From assembly GCA_039591655.1 (NCBI GenBank), contig JBDHDE010000022.1:1-39640 (forward strand): DNA of 39,640 nt, given 5' to 3'. Numbering within the stretch: the first letter of the stretch is position 1; each line of letters begins with the position of its first letter. Origin of the DNA: Gemmatimonadota bacterium (GTDB taxonomy: Bacteria; Gemmatimonadota; Gemmatimonadetes; Gemmatimonadales; GWC2-71-9). Positions 17,209 to 28,510 of the stretch are shown piece after piece. The position numbers and the translations under genes were made by a program. The notes under the pieces are model-generated. The model was given only the letters and a program-made list of their open reading frames with translations, did no database searches and was not told the origin of the DNA.

Positions 17209-19683
17209 ATGAACGGGTACAACTTCACCGATCGAGTGCGAAAGGTCCTGCAGATGGCGCGGGAGGAGGCTGCACGGCTCCACCACGAGTACGTCGGCAC
17301 CGAGCACATACTGCTGGGCCTGATTCGCGAGGGGGAGGGTGTAGCGGCGGCGGTCCTCACGAACCTCAACGTCGACCTCGATGAGATCCAACAGAAGATC
17401 GAGGAGACGGTGAAGAAGGGGAAGGCACCGGCGCCCGAAGGTCCCGATCTCCCGTACACGTCCCGGGCCAAGAAGGTGCTCGAGCTGGCGATGAGTGAGG
17501 CGCGGGAGCTGAACCACTCCTACGTCGGCACCGAGCACCTGTTACTCGGCCTGCTGCGTGAGGAGAAGGGCATCGCGGCCCAGGTGCTGGCCGATGCCGG
17601 CGTGAACCTGGAGCAGGCGCGCGCCGAGACCCTCCGCCTGTTGGGCTCCGACATGCCGCCCGCGGGCAAGGGCGCGCCACCCGGGGGCGCGGCACCTCGC
17701 TCCGAGAAGAAGTCCAAGACTCCGGCCCTGGACCATTTCTGCCGAGATCTCACCTCCCTGGCCGGCGAGGGGCAGCTCGATCCCACGATCGGCCGTACCC
17801 AGGAGATCGAGCGGGTCATCGAGGTGTTGTCGCGCCGCAAGAAGAACAACCCGGTGCTGATCGGTGAGGCGGGCGTGGGCAAGACCGCAATCGTGGAAGG
17901 TCTGGCCCAACTCATCGCCGCCGGCAACAGTCCCGAGTCACTGGCGAGTCATCGCGTGCTGGCGCTCGATATGGCAGCGGTGATTGCCGGAACGAAGTAC
18001 CGCGGCCAGTTCGAGGAGCGGTTGAAGGCCGTGATGAACGAGATCGCCCAGAACAAGAACGTCGTTCTCTTCATCGACGAGCTCCACACTTTGGTGGGCG
18101 CCGGCGCCGCCGAAGGCGCTATCGACGCCTCCAACATGCTCAAGCCCGCGCTGGCCCGGGGCGAGCTCCAGTGCGTGGGTGCGTCCACTCTCAACGAGTA
18201 CCGCAAGTACATCGAGAAGGACGGCGCCCTCGAGCGACGCTTCCAGACGGTCATCGTCGATCCGCCCACCGTGGATGAGACGATCGAGATCCTCAAGGGC
18301 CTGCGGCAGCGCTACGAGGACCACCATCGGGTGGTCATCCCCGATCTGGCGTTGGAGAACTCGGCGCGCCTCTCGGAACGCTACATCACCGACCGATTCC
18401 TGCCCGACAAGGCGATCGACGTGATCGACGAGGCATCCGCCCGGGCGCGCCTCGCAGCGCAGGTGCCGCCCCCCGAGGTCTCCAGCCTCAAGGACCGCCT
18501 CGAAGCCATCAATCGCGACAAGGAAGAGGCCGTGCGCGACCAGAACTTCGAGCGCGCGGCCGCCCTGCGCGATCAGGAGCGCGAGCTCCAGGCGGAGATC
18601 CGCAAGCGGCAGGAGGAATGGGAGCGGGAACGGCAACAGCACCGGCCTACGATAGCCGAAGAGGACATCGCGTTCATCGTCTCCCGGTGGACGGGCATTC
18701 CGGTCACCCGCCTCCAGGAAGCCGAGACGCAGCGACTGCTCCGCATGGAAGAGGAGCTGCACTACCAGGTCGTCGGGCAGAACCAGGCCATCGACTCGAT
18801 CTCGCGGGCCATCCGGCGCTCTCGGGCCGGGCTCAAGGACCCCCGCCGGCCCATCGGCACCTTCGTGTTCTGCGGCCCCACCGGCGTGGGCAAGACCGAG
18901 CTGGCACGGGCGCTCGCCCGGTTCCTGTTCGCCGACGACCAAGCCCTCATCCGGGTCGACATGTCGGAGTACATGGAGAAGTTCAGCGTGAGCCGGCTCA
19001 TCGGCGCGCCTCCGGGGTATGTGGGATACGAGGATTCGGGCGCGCTCACCAAGGCCGTGCGGCGCAAGCCGTACTCCGTGGTGTTGCTGGACGAGATCGA
19101 GAAGGCACACCCCGATGTCTTCAACATCCTCCTCCAGGTGCTCGACGAGGGACACCTGACGGACAACTACGGCCGAAAGATCGATTTCAAGAACACGGTC
19201 GTGATCATGACGTCAAACATCGGCGGGCGCGACATCTCCAAGGGCAAGGCGCTGGGCTTCGAGCAGCCAGATCCGCAGGCGTCGTTCGAGCAGATGGAAC
19301 AGAAGGTGCGGGACGAGGTCAACCGGGTGTTCAACCCCGAGTTCCTCAACCGCCTCGACGAGGTGATCGTGTTCCACGCCCTCAGCCGGGACCACATCGC
19401 CGAAATCGTGGGGATCATGTTCCGGCAGGTCGGGGAGCGTATCGCTCCCGAGGGCTACCGCCTCAGCCGCACCGACGCGGCGACCGGCTTCCTCGTGGAT
19501 CACGGCTACGACGAGTCGTTCGGTGCGCGGCCGCTCAAGCGGGCGATTCAGCGCTTCGTGGAGGACCCGCTCTCGGACAAGATCCTGATGGGCGAGTTCG
19601 CACCGGGCGACGAGATCGAGATCGACGTCAGCCCGGACGGCGAGAAGCTGGTCTTCCGGGCGCTGTCGGGTTCCAAGACGTAG
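17209..19683 (+). CDS. clpC: ATP-dependent Clp protease ATPase ClpC
   Basis: Double Clp-N repeat (YVGTEH twice), two Walker A motifs ([16 protein letters not shown]), UVR-type M-domain, LGF ClpP-docking loop. Confidence 0.96.
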   Translation: MNGYNFTDRVRKVLQMAREEAARLHHEYVGTEHILLGLIREGEGVAAAVLTNLNVDLDEIQQKIEETVKKGKAPAPEGPDLPYTSRAKKVLELAMSEARELNHSYVGTEHLLLGLLREEKGIAAQVLADAGVNLEQARAETLRLLGSDMPPAGKGAPPGGAAPRSEKKSKTPALDHFCRDLTSLAGEGQLDPTIGRTQEIERVIEVLSRRKKNNPVLIGEAGVGKTAIVEGLAQLIAAGNSPESLASHRVLALDMAAVIAGTKYRGQFEERLKAVMNEIAQNKNVVLFIDELHTLVGAGAAEGAIDASNMLKPALARGELQCVGASTLNEYRKYIEKDGALERRFQTVIVDPPTVDETIEILKGLRQRYEDHHRVVIPDLALENSARLSERYITDRFLPDKAIDVIDEASARARLAAQVPPPEVSSLKDRLEAINRDKEEAVRDQNFERAAALRDQERELQAEIRKRQEEWERERQQHRPTIAEEDIAFIVSRWTGIPVTRLQEAETQRLLRMEEELHYQVVGQNQAIDSISRAIRRSRAGLKDPRRPIGTFVFCGPTGVGKTELARALARFLFADDQALIRVDMSEYMEKFSVSRLIGAPPGYVGYEDSGALTKAVRRKPYSVVLLDEIEKAHPDVFNILLQVLDEGHLTDNYGRKIDFKNTVVIMTSNIGGRDISKGKALGFEQPDPQASFEQMEQKVRDEVNRVFNPEFLNRLDEVIVFHALSRDHIAEIVGIMFRQVGERIAPEGYRLSRTDAATGFLVDHGYDESFGARPLKRAIQRFVEDPLSDKILMGEFAPGDEIEIDVSPDGEKLVFRALSGSKT

Positions 19684-19685
19684 CG

Positions 19686-22073
19686 ATGGCACGACTCTCC
19701 GTCACCGCGCTGCTGAGCCTCGCGGTCGCCTCGACCGCCGCCGCACAGGAGCCCGGTCCGGGTCCCATCATCGTCGACAGCATCGCCGTCGAGGGAACTC
19801 GCCGTATCTCCAGGGAGACGGTCATCGCCAGCGCCGGCGTCCCCATCGGGGAGGAGATCAACTACCGCGACCTGCAGCGGGCCATCGTCGCCCTGTATGC
19901 CACGGGGCAGTTCCAGGAAGTGCTCGCCCTTCAGGGCCGGGTGGGTGGCAAGGAAGTACTGCGGTTCGTGCTGGTGGAGCGCCCCATGCTCACCGGCTGG
20001 ACCGTCCGCGGTGCCCAAGAGGTATCCGCGCGCCGGGTCCGCGGTCGCGTGCAGCTGCTCGCCGGACGTCCCTACGATCCTGCGCTGGCGGCCCGATCCC
20101 GCGCATCGATCGACTCCCTGTATAAAGAAGAGGGTTTCTACCTCACCCAGGTGGCAGTGGAACAGGTCGTACAGCAGGACTCCACGCTTCAGGTGGTCTT
20201 CGCAATCGATGAGGGGCGGCGTGTGAAGGTGGCGGAGGTCGTCATCGACGGAAACGAGGAGCTCCTCGACCAGGAGGTCGTCGGGAAGATGCGCACCAAG
20301 CCGGAGGGCTTCTGGTGGTGGCGCAATGGGGACTACAACGAGGACGTGCTGGAACGGGACCTCCGCGAACGCATCCCCTCGTTCTACGCCTCCAAAGGCT
20401 ACATCGACTTTCAGGTGGTCTCCGACACGCTCATCGTCAACCGGAACACCGGCAAAGGCACGCTGGTGCTCCGTGTGCGGGAGGGTGAACAGTACGAGGT
20501 CGGCACCTTCGAAGTGGTCGGCAACCGCCAGTTCTCCTCGGGCCAGATCGAGCGCTACTACCCATTCGGCCGACGAACGACGGGCTTTCTGGGGCTCGGG
20601 GGCACGCAGGAAGGACCCGCCGTATTCAATCAGGACGATTGGGACGAAGCCACGATGCAGGTGCGCAACCTCTACCTGAACAACGGCTTCATCTACGCGC
20701 AGGTGCAGCCGTCGATTGCGCGGCGCACCACCGAGGACGGACGCAACCTCGTGGACCTCCGCTGGCAGATCATCGAGCGCCAGCCGGCCGTCGTCAACAA
20801 AGTGCTCATCCGTGGCAACACCGTCACGCATGACGACGTGATTCGCCGCGCGATCCTCATTGTGCCGGGTGATGTGATGCGTCAGGAGGCCCTGATCCAG
20901 TCGTACCAACGGATCTCCAATCTGGGCTTCTTTGAGCAGCCGCTTCCGATCCCTGGAACAGAGCAGGCGAACCAGCAGGGTGACGTCAACGTCGTCTTCC
21001 ACGTGAAGGAACGGCACACTGGGAGCGTCAACTTCGGCGCCTCGGTGGGCCAGGGAACCGGACTCGGCGGGTTCATTGGCTTGGACGAGCCCAACCTCTT
21101 CGGGCAGGGCAAACGTGCCAGCTTCCAATGGCAGTTCGGCCGCAACATCAACAACTTCAACATCTCGTATCAAGACCCCGCCTTGAAGGGAAGCCTGATC
21201 TCCGGATCGATCTCGCTCCACAGCTCACGCCTCCGGTACACCGTGGCCGACCTCGGCCGGATCAGCTCCCGGGGTGTGAGCCTGCAGGTCGGGTTCCCGT
21301 GGCGCGGATCCCGCTTCACCAGGCTGCTGGTTTCCTACACCTTGGAGCGGAGCGACTTCGACTCCCCCACTCTGGCGTCACGCTTCGTCTGCGACGGCTG
21401 CGTGCTCTCCATGGCCACACTGACGCTGGTGCGTGACACGCGGATCGGCCTGCCGTTCCCCACGGGCGGCGCCCTCCACCGGTTCACCGTTGGACAGGGC
21501 GGCGGGTTCCTGGGCGGGAGCGGCGACTTCCAACGCGCCACCTTCGAGGGGCGGTGGTATACGCCGCTGATGCGGTTGGGCGGTGACGACCCGATGGCCG
21601 CTCCCATGACTGTCGTGCTGGGGCTCCGGGGACAGATCGGAGCCGTGTGGGGCGACGCGGGACCGCACTTCCGCCAGTTGTTCTCCATGGGCGGCGTGCA
21701 GTTCGGCATCCCACTGCGCGGTTACGAGGAGTTCTCAATCACGCCACGCGGATACGATCCAACGGCGTCGGGACAGCAGGCCAGCACCGTCGACGCGTTT
21801 GGCGCCTCATACGTGGCCTTGAGCGGCGAGCTCGGCTTCCGGCTCAGCCAATCGATGTACTTCAGCGTGTTCTACGACGCGGGCAACGTCTGGGCCCGTG
21901 CGGGGCAGGTCAATCCGACCCGCATGTTCCGCGGCGCGGGCATCGGGGCCAGCTTGATCAGCCCGCTTGGTCCTATTGGAGTAGACTACGCATATGGCTG
22001 GGATCGGGTCGACCTCGCCGGCAATCCCGACCCCGGGTGGAAGCTACATTTCAGACTCGGCAACATCTTCTAA
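19686..22073 (+). CDS. bamA: Outer-membrane protein assembly factor BamA
   Basis: Signal peptide, POTRA repeats, NLFGQG, LRGYEE, SPLGPIGVDYAYG and C-terminal F. Start placed at ATG 19686. Confidence 0.94.
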   Translation: MARLSVTALLSLAVASTAAAQEPGPGPIIVDSIAVEGTRRISRETVIASAGVPIGEEINYRDLQRAIVALYATGQFQEVLALQGRVGGKEVLRFVLVERPMLTGWTVRGAQEVSARRVRGRVQLLAGRPYDPALAARSRASIDSLYKEEGFYLTQVAVEQVVQQDSTLQVVFAIDEGRRVKVAEVVIDGNEELLDQEVVGKMRTKPEGFWWWRNGDYNEDVLERDLRERIPSFYASKGYIDFQVVSDTLIVNRNTGKGTLVLRVREGEQYEVGTFEVVGNRQFSSGQIERYYPFGRRTTGFLGLGGTQEGPAVFNQDDWDEATMQVRNLYLNNGFIYAQVQPSIARRTTEDGRNLVDLRWQIIERQPAVVNKVLIRGNTVTHDDVIRRAILIVPGDVMRQEALIQSYQRISNLGFFEQPLPIPGTEQANQQGDVNVVFHVKERHTGSVNFGASVGQGTGLGGFIGLDEPNLFGQGKRASFQWQFGRNINNFNISYQDPALKGSLISGSISLHSSRLRYTVADLGRISSRGVSLQVGFPWRGSRFTRLLVSYTLERSDFDSPTLASRFVCDGCVLSMATLTLVRDTRIGLPFPTGGALHRFTVGQGGGFLGGSGDFQRATFEGRWYTPLMRLGGDDPMAAPMTVVLGLRGQIGAVWGDAGPHFRQLFSMGGVQFGIPLRGYEEFSITPRGYDPTASGQQASTVDAFGASYVALSGELGFRLSQSMYFSVFYDAGNVWARAGQVNPTRMFRGAGIGASLISPLGPIGVDYAYGWDRVDLAGNPDPGWKLHFRLGNIF

Positions 22074-22106
22074 ACACGGATTATGACCATGCATCTGGAG
22101 CGTAAG

Positions 22107-22646
22107 ATGGCTCGTTGGGGACTGGCCGCACTGGCCGTGATGGTCGTGGTGGGTATCGCCGCGATCCCGACCGCGTCCCAGCCGGCGCAGGGTGGGACAC
22201 TCGCCTACGTGAGCAGTGAGATCGTGCTCCGCCAGACGCCTGGGTTCATACAGGCAGAGTCCACGTTCAACACGGAGATGGCGGGGTACCGTGCCGAGGT
22301 GCAGCAGCTGCAGCAGACGCTGGACTCGGCCGTCGCCGCGTTCAACCAGCAATCGATCGTGCTGTCGCCTACGGCCCGGCAGGAGAGAACGCAGGATCTG
22401 CAGCTCCTGCAGCAGCAGCTCGAGCAGCGGACCTCCGAGCTCCAAGTCCTGCTCACGCAACGGCAGCAGGATTTGATCGGTCCCTTGGAGGATCGAATCC
22501 AGCGTGTGATCGACGGCATACGAGCCGAACGCAACATCGCCGTCGTATTCGACGTCTCCGCACCGGGGAACAACATCATCTCCGCCGATCCCCTTCTCGA
22601 CCTCACGCCCGTGGTCGTTACTCGTCTCACGGGCGAGAGTCAGTAG
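22107..22646 (+). CDS. skp: OmpH/Skp periplasmic chaperone
   Basis: Signal peptide, LAYVSSE, Gln-rich coiled coil, DLTPVV; lies between bamA and lpxD. ATG 22107 follows GGAG; alternative starts at 22083 and 22089. Confidence 0.85.
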   Translation: MARWGLAALAVMVVVGIAAIPTASQPAQGGTLAYVSSEIVLRQTPGFIQAESTFNTEMAGYRAEVQQLQQTLDSAVAAFNQQSIVLSPTARQERTQDLQLLQQQLEQRTSELQVLLTQRQQDLIGPLEDRIQRVIDGIRAERNIAVVFDVSAPGNNIISADPLLDLTPVVVTRLTGESQ

Positions 22647-22653
22647 CTCGGCG

Positions 22654-23688
22654 TTGCGCCCCCGGTCTGGTCTGACCGCCGGCCAGATCGCGGAACTGGT
22701 TGGCGGCGAGGTCATCGGACGACACGACGTCATGCTCGCCGGAGTCGCCCCACTGGAGCGGGCCGGCCCCGGCGAGCTCGCTTTTCTTGTTTCGCCCCGA
22801 TACCGACCATACCTTGCAGGCACTGCTGCGGGCGCGGTGCTGCTCTCGCCCGCCTACCGACGCGAGAGCCCCGGGGCCGCGACGCGCATCGTGGTGGAGG
22901 ATCCGGCGCGCGCCATGGCGCGCATCCTCCATGCGCTCTTCCCGGAGGCACCACCTCGTTGGGGCGTGGATCCCTCGGCGCGCATCGGTCGCGGGACGCG
23001 CTGGACCGGACGGATCGCCGTCGGAGCCGGCGCGACGTTGGGCCGCAACGTACGGCTCGGGGACGGCTGCGTCGTGGGAGATCACGCGGTGCTCGAAGAC
23101 GATGTCGCCGTTGGCAGCGCCTGCCGCATCGAGGCGCATGCCGTGGTCCACTCCGGCAGCGTACTGGGAGACCGAGTCTTGGTACGGGCCGGCGCGCGTG
23201 TGGGCGGCAAGGGGTTCGGCTTCACGCGAATCGACGGCGGCCACCAGCCGATCCCGCAGGTGGGACGTTGCGTGATCGGCGACGATGTCGAGGTGGGCGC
23301 CAACACCACCGTGGACCGGGGCAGCCTGGACGACACCGTGATCGGGCCGGGCACGAAGATCGACAACCTGGTGCAGGTGGCCCACAACGTCCGCGTCGGC
23401 GCCCGGTGCGTCATCATGGCCCAGGTCGGCATCGCCGGAAGCAGTGTAGTGGAGGACGACGTGGCGCTCGCGGGCCAGGCGGGGCTCGCCGATCATCTGC
23501 GGGTGGGGCGGGGCGCCCGCGTCGCCGCGCAGAGCGGGGTAATCGGCGACATTCCTCCCGGCGCGACCGTTTCGGGATACCCAGCCCGTAACCACCGGGC
23601 GGTGCTCCGCCAGACAGCGGCCCTGGCCCGATTGGCGCCCCTCGTGGATACACTGGAAAGGATGATCTCGCGCGATGACGCAAGGTAG
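22654..23688 (+). CDS. lpxD: UDP-3-O-acylglucosamine N-acyltransferase
   Basis: Hexapeptide repeats; GFGF, IPQVG, GANTTVDRG and KIDNLVQVAHN motifs. Confidence 0.95.
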   Translation: MRPRSGLTAGQIAELVGGEVIGRHDVMLAGVAPLERAGPGELAFLVSPRYRPYLAGTAAGAVLLSPAYRRESPGAATRIVVEDPARAMARILHALFPEAPPRWGVDPSARIGRGTRWTGRIAVGAGATLGRNVRLGDGCVVGDHAVLEDDVAVGSACRIEAHAVVHSGSVLGDRVLVRAGARVGGKGFGFTRIDGGHQPIPQVGRCVIGDDVEVGANTTVDRGSLDDTVIGPGTKIDNLVQVAHNVRVGARCVIMAQVGIAGSSVVEDDVALAGQAGLADHLRVGRGARVAAQSGVIGDIPPGATVSGYPARNHRAVLRQTAALARLAPLVDTLERMISRDDAR

Positions 23689-24952
23689 ACGCTCGATCTC
23701 GACGCCCGCGTCCGTCACCGGCCGGGGCCTCCACACCGGTGCGGACACGACGGCCACCCTCAAGCCCGCCGAAGCCGGGAGCGGCATCGTGTTCCGGCGT
23801 GTCGACGTCGACCCGCCGGTGGAGATTCCTGCGCGCTTGGAGAGCGTCGGCAACCTGGATCGCCGAACCAGCCTGGGTGAAGGAGACGCTGCCGTTCACA
23901 CGGTCGAGCACGTGCTGGCTGCCGCGGCCGGTCACAGCATCGACGACCTGGTGGTCGAGCTCGACGGTCCCGAGCCTCCCACGGCGGACGGGAGCGCCGC
24001 CGCCTATGCCGACGCAATCGCCGCGGCCGGCGTGGCCGACGTCGGCGGGAGCCCCACGACGTACCGTGTATCGGCCCCTCTGGTTGTGCGGGATGGGGAC
24101 GCGGTCTACCTCGTGGCTCCGAGCGACGGGCTCCGGCTGACCGTGACCATCGAGTGGGACCACCCCTCGATCGGCCGCCAGTCGGGATGTTACGACGTCA
24201 CCCCCGACGCTTTCGCGTCGGAGCTCGCCCGGGCGCGCACCTTTGGCTTCCGGGCGGAGGCCAAGGCGCTGCGAGAGCGGGGACTCGCGTTGGGAGCATC
24301 CGAGGAGAACACGATCGTTCTGTCAGAGACCGACGTTGTCGGCACGGAACTCCGGTGGGGCGACGAGTTCGTGCGTCACAAGGCAGTGGACCTGCTGGGC
24401 GACCTCGCGCTCCTGGGAGGAAGGATCCTCGCCGACGTCGTCGCTTTCCGTCCGTCGCACAGCGGTAACATCGCCCTGGCCCGAATGATCCGGCGGGCGG
24501 TAACCCGCACCACCCCCGCCATCGCGGGGATACAGGAGATCCTTGGCGTGCTGCCGCACCGCTACCCGTTTCTCCTGGTGGATCGGATCGTCGAGCTCGA
24601 GACCGGAAAACGCATCGTCGGCATCAAGAACGTCACCATCAACGAGCCGTTCTTCCCCGGGCACTTCCCCGACCACCCCGTCATGCCAGGTGTCCTGATC
24701 GTCGAGGCGATGGCCCAGACCGGAGGGATGATGTTGATGGACCAAGTAGACGACCCGGAGAGCAAGGTGGTCTACTTCATGTCCATCGACAACGTCAAGT
24801 TCCGCAAGCCGGTGATTCCCGGCGACCAGTTGCGGTTCGAGCTCGAGATGCTGCAGTTCCGCGGCAAACGGTGCCGCATGCGGGGCGTGGGCTACGTAGA
24901 CGGTCAGCCCGTAGCCGAAGCCGAGATGATGGCGGCAATCATGGACCGATGA
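23675..24952 (+). CDS. lpxC: Bifunctional LpxC deacetylase / FabZ dehydratase
   Basis: LpxC motifs [19 protein letters not shown] and [11 protein letters not shown], fused to FabZ motifs [11 protein letters not shown] and GHFP...[12 protein letters not shown]. Confidence 0.94.
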   Translation: MTQGRRSISTPASVTGRGLHTGADTTATLKPAEAGSGIVFRRVDVDPPVEIPARLESVGNLDRRTSLGEGDAAVHTVEHVLAAAAGHSIDDLVVELDGPEPPTADGSAAAYADAIAAAGVADVGGSPTTYRVSAPLVVRDGDAVYLVAPSDGLRLTVTIEWDHPSIGRQSGCYDVTPDAFASELARARTFGFRAEAKALRERGLALGASEENTIVLSETDVVGTELRWGDEFVRHKAVDLLGDLALLGGRILADVVAFRPSHSGNIALARMIRRAVTRTTPAIAGIQEILGVLPHRYPFLLVDRIVELETGKRIVGIKNVTINEPFFPGHFPDHPVMPGVLIVEAMAQTGGMMLMDQVDDPESKVVYFMSIDNVKFRKPVIPGDQLRFELEMLQFRGKRCRMRGVGYVDGQPVAEAEMMAAIMDR

Positions 24953-25725
24953 CGGCTCGCGTTCACCCCACCGCAATCATCGATCCCGATACCGAGCTGG
25001 GGGCCGACGTATTCGTCGGCCCGTATGCCGTGATTGGCCCGCGCGTGCATATCGGCGAGGGCTGCAACATCGGCCCGCACGCCGTGATCGAGCAGAACAC
25101 CCGACTCGGGGCGCGCTGCTCGGTCGGGCCAGGAACCGTCCTGGGCGCGGCGCCGCAGGACCGGAAGTACGGCGGTGAGGAGACGTTGTTGGAGGTGGGC
25201 GACGAGACCGTGATCCGGGAGTTCTCGACCCTGCACCGCGGCACGCCGGCCACCGGCGTCACGCGGGTAGGGAGCCGCTGCTTCATCATGACCTACGTAC
25301 ACGTGGCCCACGACTGCGTGATCGAGGACGATGTCACGCTGGCGAACGCCGTCCAACTGGCGGGCCACGTGCATATCGAGCCGCACGCCACGGTGAGCGG
25401 CCTCTGTCCCGTTCACCAGTTCGTGCGGATCGGCACGCACGCCTACATAGGCGGCGGCTCCCGGGTGCCGCAGGACGTCCCGCCCTACACCCGGGCCGCA
25501 GGGACCCCGCTCAAGCTGTACGGCATCAACACCATTGGCCTCACCCGCGCCGGCTTCTCGCAGGAGGTGCGCGGGGCGCTGAAGCACGCCTACCGGCTGC
25601 TGTTCAACTCCGATCTGACGACTGCGGAAGCCGCGGAACGCCTCCGTCGCGACCCCGATCTGATCGGGGAGGTCGCGCACCTGGTGGAGTTCGTGGCCAG
25701 CACCGAGCGCGGGGTCCTCGTGTGA
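24949..25725 (+). CDS. lpxA: UDP-N-acetylglucosamine O-acyltransferase
   Basis: VHPTAIID, PQDRKY, HVAHDC, HQFVRIG and QDVPPY motifs; start at ATG 24949 (ATGA overlap). Confidence 0.95.
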   Translation: MTARVHPTAIIDPDTELGADVFVGPYAVIGPRVHIGEGCNIGPHAVIEQNTRLGARCSVGPGTVLGAAPQDRKYGGEETLLEVGDETVIREFSTLHRGTPATGVTRVGSRCFIMTYVHVAHDCVIEDDVTLANAVQLAGHVHIEPHATVSGLCPVHQFVRIGTHAYIGGGSRVPQDVPPYTRAAGTPLKLYGINTIGLTRAGFSQEVRGALKHAYRLLFNSDLTTAEAAERLRRDPDLIGEVAHLVEFVASTERGVLV

Positions 25726-26828
25726 GGCGAGTCTTCGTCTCGGCCGGGGAGCCCTCGGGAGACGCGCATGCCGCAGCCGTAATACGCGCCCTGAGGGCGG
25801 CGGAGCCCGAGGTGCTGGTGGAGGGCGTGGGCGGACCGCAGATGGAGGCAGCAGGGACATCGCTCCTGGCACGCATGGAACACCTCTCGGCCGTGGGCCT
25901 GGCCGAGGCCCTGCACGCGCTCCCCACGCACATCGGGTTGCTGCAGCGTCTCAAGCGACGCTTCGCCGCCGGCCGCTACGACGCAGCCGTCTTGGTCGAC
26001 TATCCCGGTTTCCATCTACGGCTGGCGCGCGCCGCGGCGCAGAGCGGAGTGCCCGTGCTGTACTACATCGCCCCCCAGATCTGGGCCTGGGGACCGTGGC
26101 GTGTTTCCGCCCTGCGGAATCGGGTGGGACGCCTGGCTGTCATTCTCCCGTTCGAGGAGCCGTTCTTCACCGAGCGCGGCGTTCCCACCAGCTTCGTGGG
26201 ACACCCCCTGCTGGATCGTCCCCCGGCGCCGGAGCGCGACGCCGCGCGGCGCGCGTTGGGTGTCTCCGCCCGTGCGGCGGTCCTCGCCCTGTGCCCCGGC
26301 AGCCGACCGACTGAGATCCGGCGGCTGTGGCCCGTGTTTCGTGCGGCGGCAGAGCGCGTGCGGCGGGAGGTGGGAAGCCTGGAGGTGGTGGTGGCGGAGG
26401 CACCGTGCGGTATCGATCGGCGTGACGACTCCTTCCGGTACTGGAGGGGAGACCCGGCGGTCGTGCTCGCGGCGGCCGACGCCGGCCTGTGCAAGTCGGG
26501 AACGACCACCCTGGAGGCAGCCCTTGCCGGGATGCCCATGGTCGTGGGCTATCGCCTCCACCCGGCAAGCTACGCCCTGGCCCGCCGGCTGGTGCGCGTC
26601 CCCCACGTCGGCCTGGTCAATCTGATTGCCGGCCGGGAGGTGGCTCCGGAGCTACTCCAGACCCATGCCGCTCCCAAGGCGCTGGCCGAAGCGGCGCTCC
26701 CGCTGCTGGACGGGGCCGGGCCGGCGGCGAGGCGACAGCGAGCCGGATTCGAAGCCGTGCGGGCCGCACTGGGGCGTCCGGGGGCGGCCCGTCGCGTGGC
26801 AGGCCTCATCACAGAGATCGCGGCTTGA
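25722..26828 (+). CDS. lpxB: Lipid-A-disaccharide synthase
   Basis: SAGEPSGD, VDYPGF, YYIAPQIWAW, FVGHPL, PGSR and KSGTTTLE motifs. Confidence 0.95.
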   Translation: MRRVFVSAGEPSGDAHAAAVIRALRAAEPEVLVEGVGGPQMEAAGTSLLARMEHLSAVGLAEALHALPTHIGLLQRLKRRFAAGRYDAAVLVDYPGFHLRLARAAAQSGVPVLYYIAPQIWAWGPWRVSALRNRVGRLAVILPFEEPFFTERGVPTSFVGHPLLDRPPAPERDAARRALGVSARAAVLALCPGSRPTEIRRLWPVFRAAAERVRREVGSLEVVVAEAPCGIDRRDDSFRYWRGDPAVVLAAADAGLCKSGTTTLEAALAGMPMVVGYRLHPASYALARRLVRVPHVGLVNLIAGREVAPELLQTHAAPKALAEAALPLLDGAGPAARRQRAGFEAVRAALGRPGAARRVAGLITEIAA

Positions 26829-27451
26829 GGTGGAGCCCGCTGGAGGGAGCGGTGCGGTGGTGCGCCACGGCACTCGCCAGGAGTTGGAGGCTCGAAGTGC
26901 GGGGCGAGGAGCACCTGCGTGGTCTGCATGCAGCGGGCGCGCCGCTGGTCTACGCGGTGTGGCATGGGCTCCTGCTGGTTCCCCTGTGGCATCGCCGGGG
27001 TAGGGGGATCGCGCTGCTGGTCAGCGGGCACCGCGACGGCACCCGGCTTGCCGGGGCGGCCCGGCGCTGGGGCTACCGGATAGTGAGCGGATCCAGCACT
27101 CGGGGCGGCGTCGCGGGGCTCAAGGCCGTGGTCCGGGACCTCGCCCAGGGGGGAGAAGCGGCCTTCACGCCGGACGGGCCCAGGGGGCCCGCTCGGGTCG
27201 CCAAGGGCGGCGCCGTGGCGGCGGCTCAGCACGGCGGGGCATTCCTCGTGCCGGTTGCTGCCGCAGCCTCGGCGGCGTGGCGGGCGGGCTCGTGGGATTC
27301 CTTCATGGTTCCCAGACCATTCTCCCGGGTCCGCATCGTGTACGGCGAGCCGTTCCGCGTGGCGCGTGGCGCGGGCGGGCTCACCGAGGGACGGCGGCGG
27401 CTCGAGGCGGAGCTGCACCGAGCGGAGGAGTGGGCCCAGTGCGCATCGTGA
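26825..27451 (+). CDS. DUF374 lysophospholipid-acyltransferase-family protein (LpxJ-like)
   Basis: YAVWHG, VSGHRDG, GSSTRGG, TPDGPRGP and SWDSFMVPRPFS motifs. Start is uncertain; TTG at 26825 overlaps the lpxB stop. Confidence 0.85.
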   Translation: MRWSPLEGAVRWCATALARSWRLEVRGEEHLRGLHAAGAPLVYAVWHGLLLVPLWHRRGRGIALLVSGHRDGTRLAGAARRWGYRIVSGSSTRGGVAGLKAVVRDLAQGGEAAFTPDGPRGPARVAKGGAVAAAQHGGAFLVPVAAAASAAWRAGSWDSFMVPRPFSRVRIVYGEPFRVARGAGGLTEGRRRLEAELHRAEEWAQCAS

Positions 27452-28470
27452 CCCGGTGGCTGTGGGTCAAGCGAACCATACCGGCACGCCTCGCCCGCCT
27501 CGTGCTCCTGCCACCGGCGTTGGTCTACCGGCTCACCCAGGCCGCCAGGGCCCGGGCCTACCGCACAGGGCTGCTGTCCCAGGGGGCTCCACCGGTCCCC
27601 ACTGTGGCCGTCGGGAATCTGACGGTGGGCGGTTCGGGCAAGACCCCGCTGGCAGCGTGGATCGCCGGCTACTACGCCGGCACGGGCCTCAAGCCCGCCA
27701 TCGTGCTCCGGGGATACGGCGGCGATGAGGGCCAGGTGCACCGGGCGCTGGTACCGGACGCCATTGTCGAGGAGGACGCAGATCGCCTGGCGGCTGCCGA
27801 CCGGGCAGTGGCACGAGGCGCCGACGTCGTGATCCTGGACGACGCCTACCAGCGTCTCGACGTGGCGCGGGACCTGAACATCGCGGTAGTGAGTGCAGAG
27901 TCGAGCAGGGCCGTGCGGTGGACGCTCCCTGCCGGCCCCTGGCGGGAGGGCTGGTCGGCCCTCGGACGGGCTGATGTCATCGTCGTTACGCGCAAGCGCG
28001 CGGACCGCACCACCGCCCTGGCGGTGGCGGAGCGGGCCCGCCAGGCGGCGCCCCGAGCCAGGCTCGCCATCGCGCATCTGGGCATCATGGGCTTCCAGGG
28101 ACTGCTCAGCGGCCACCGGACCGGCGTCGAGTGCATCGCCGGCCGCCGAGTGCTCGCGGCCGCCGGCGTCGGCGATCCCGAGAGCTTCGCGGCCCAGTGC
28201 AGGCGAATGGGTGCCGACGTGCGGCTCCTCGCCTGGCGCGACCACCACCATTACCGGGCGGGTGACGTCCAGCGTCTGCTCCATGCGTCCGGCGCAGTTG
28301 ATTACGTTGTAGTCACCGAGAAGGATGCGACCAAGCTGCGCAGCAGCTGGCCATCGGACACCCCGGAACCGCTGGTAGCGTCCCTCGAGCTGCGCTGGGA
28401 GCTCGGCCGCGGGGCGGTGGAGACGGCCCTGGATACCGTCGCCACCGACATCACGGAACTCTTGGCCTGA
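27439..28470 (+). CDS. lpxK: Tetraacyldisaccharide 4'-kinase
   Basis: VGNLTVGGSGKTP, LRGYG, LDDAYQ, LPAGPWRE and TEKDATK motifs; GTG start at 27439. Confidence 0.93.
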   Translation: MRIVTRWLWVKRTIPARLARLVLLPPALVYRLTQAARARAYRTGLLSQGAPPVPTVAVGNLTVGGSGKTPLAAWIAGYYAGTGLKPAIVLRGYGGDEGQVHRALVPDAIVEEDADRLAAADRAVARGADVVILDDAYQRLDVARDLNIAVVSAESSRAVRWTLPAGPWREGWSALGRADVIVVTRKRADRTTALAVAERARQAAPRARLAIAHLGIMGFQGLLSGHRTGVECIAGRRVLAAAGVGDPESFAAQCRRMGADVRLLAWRDHHHYRAGDVQRLLHASGAVDYVVVTEKDATKLRSSWPSDTPEPLVASLELRWELGRGAVETALDTVATDITELLA

Positions 28471-28510
28471 ACCGAATAGCGCAAGGGTGCGGTAGGAGCC
28501 CGAGTACCTC

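Noticed and set aside
23675..24952. LpxC-FabZ fusion as a novelty
   Set aside because: This fusion is already well known in Bacteroidota, Chlorobiota and related phyla.
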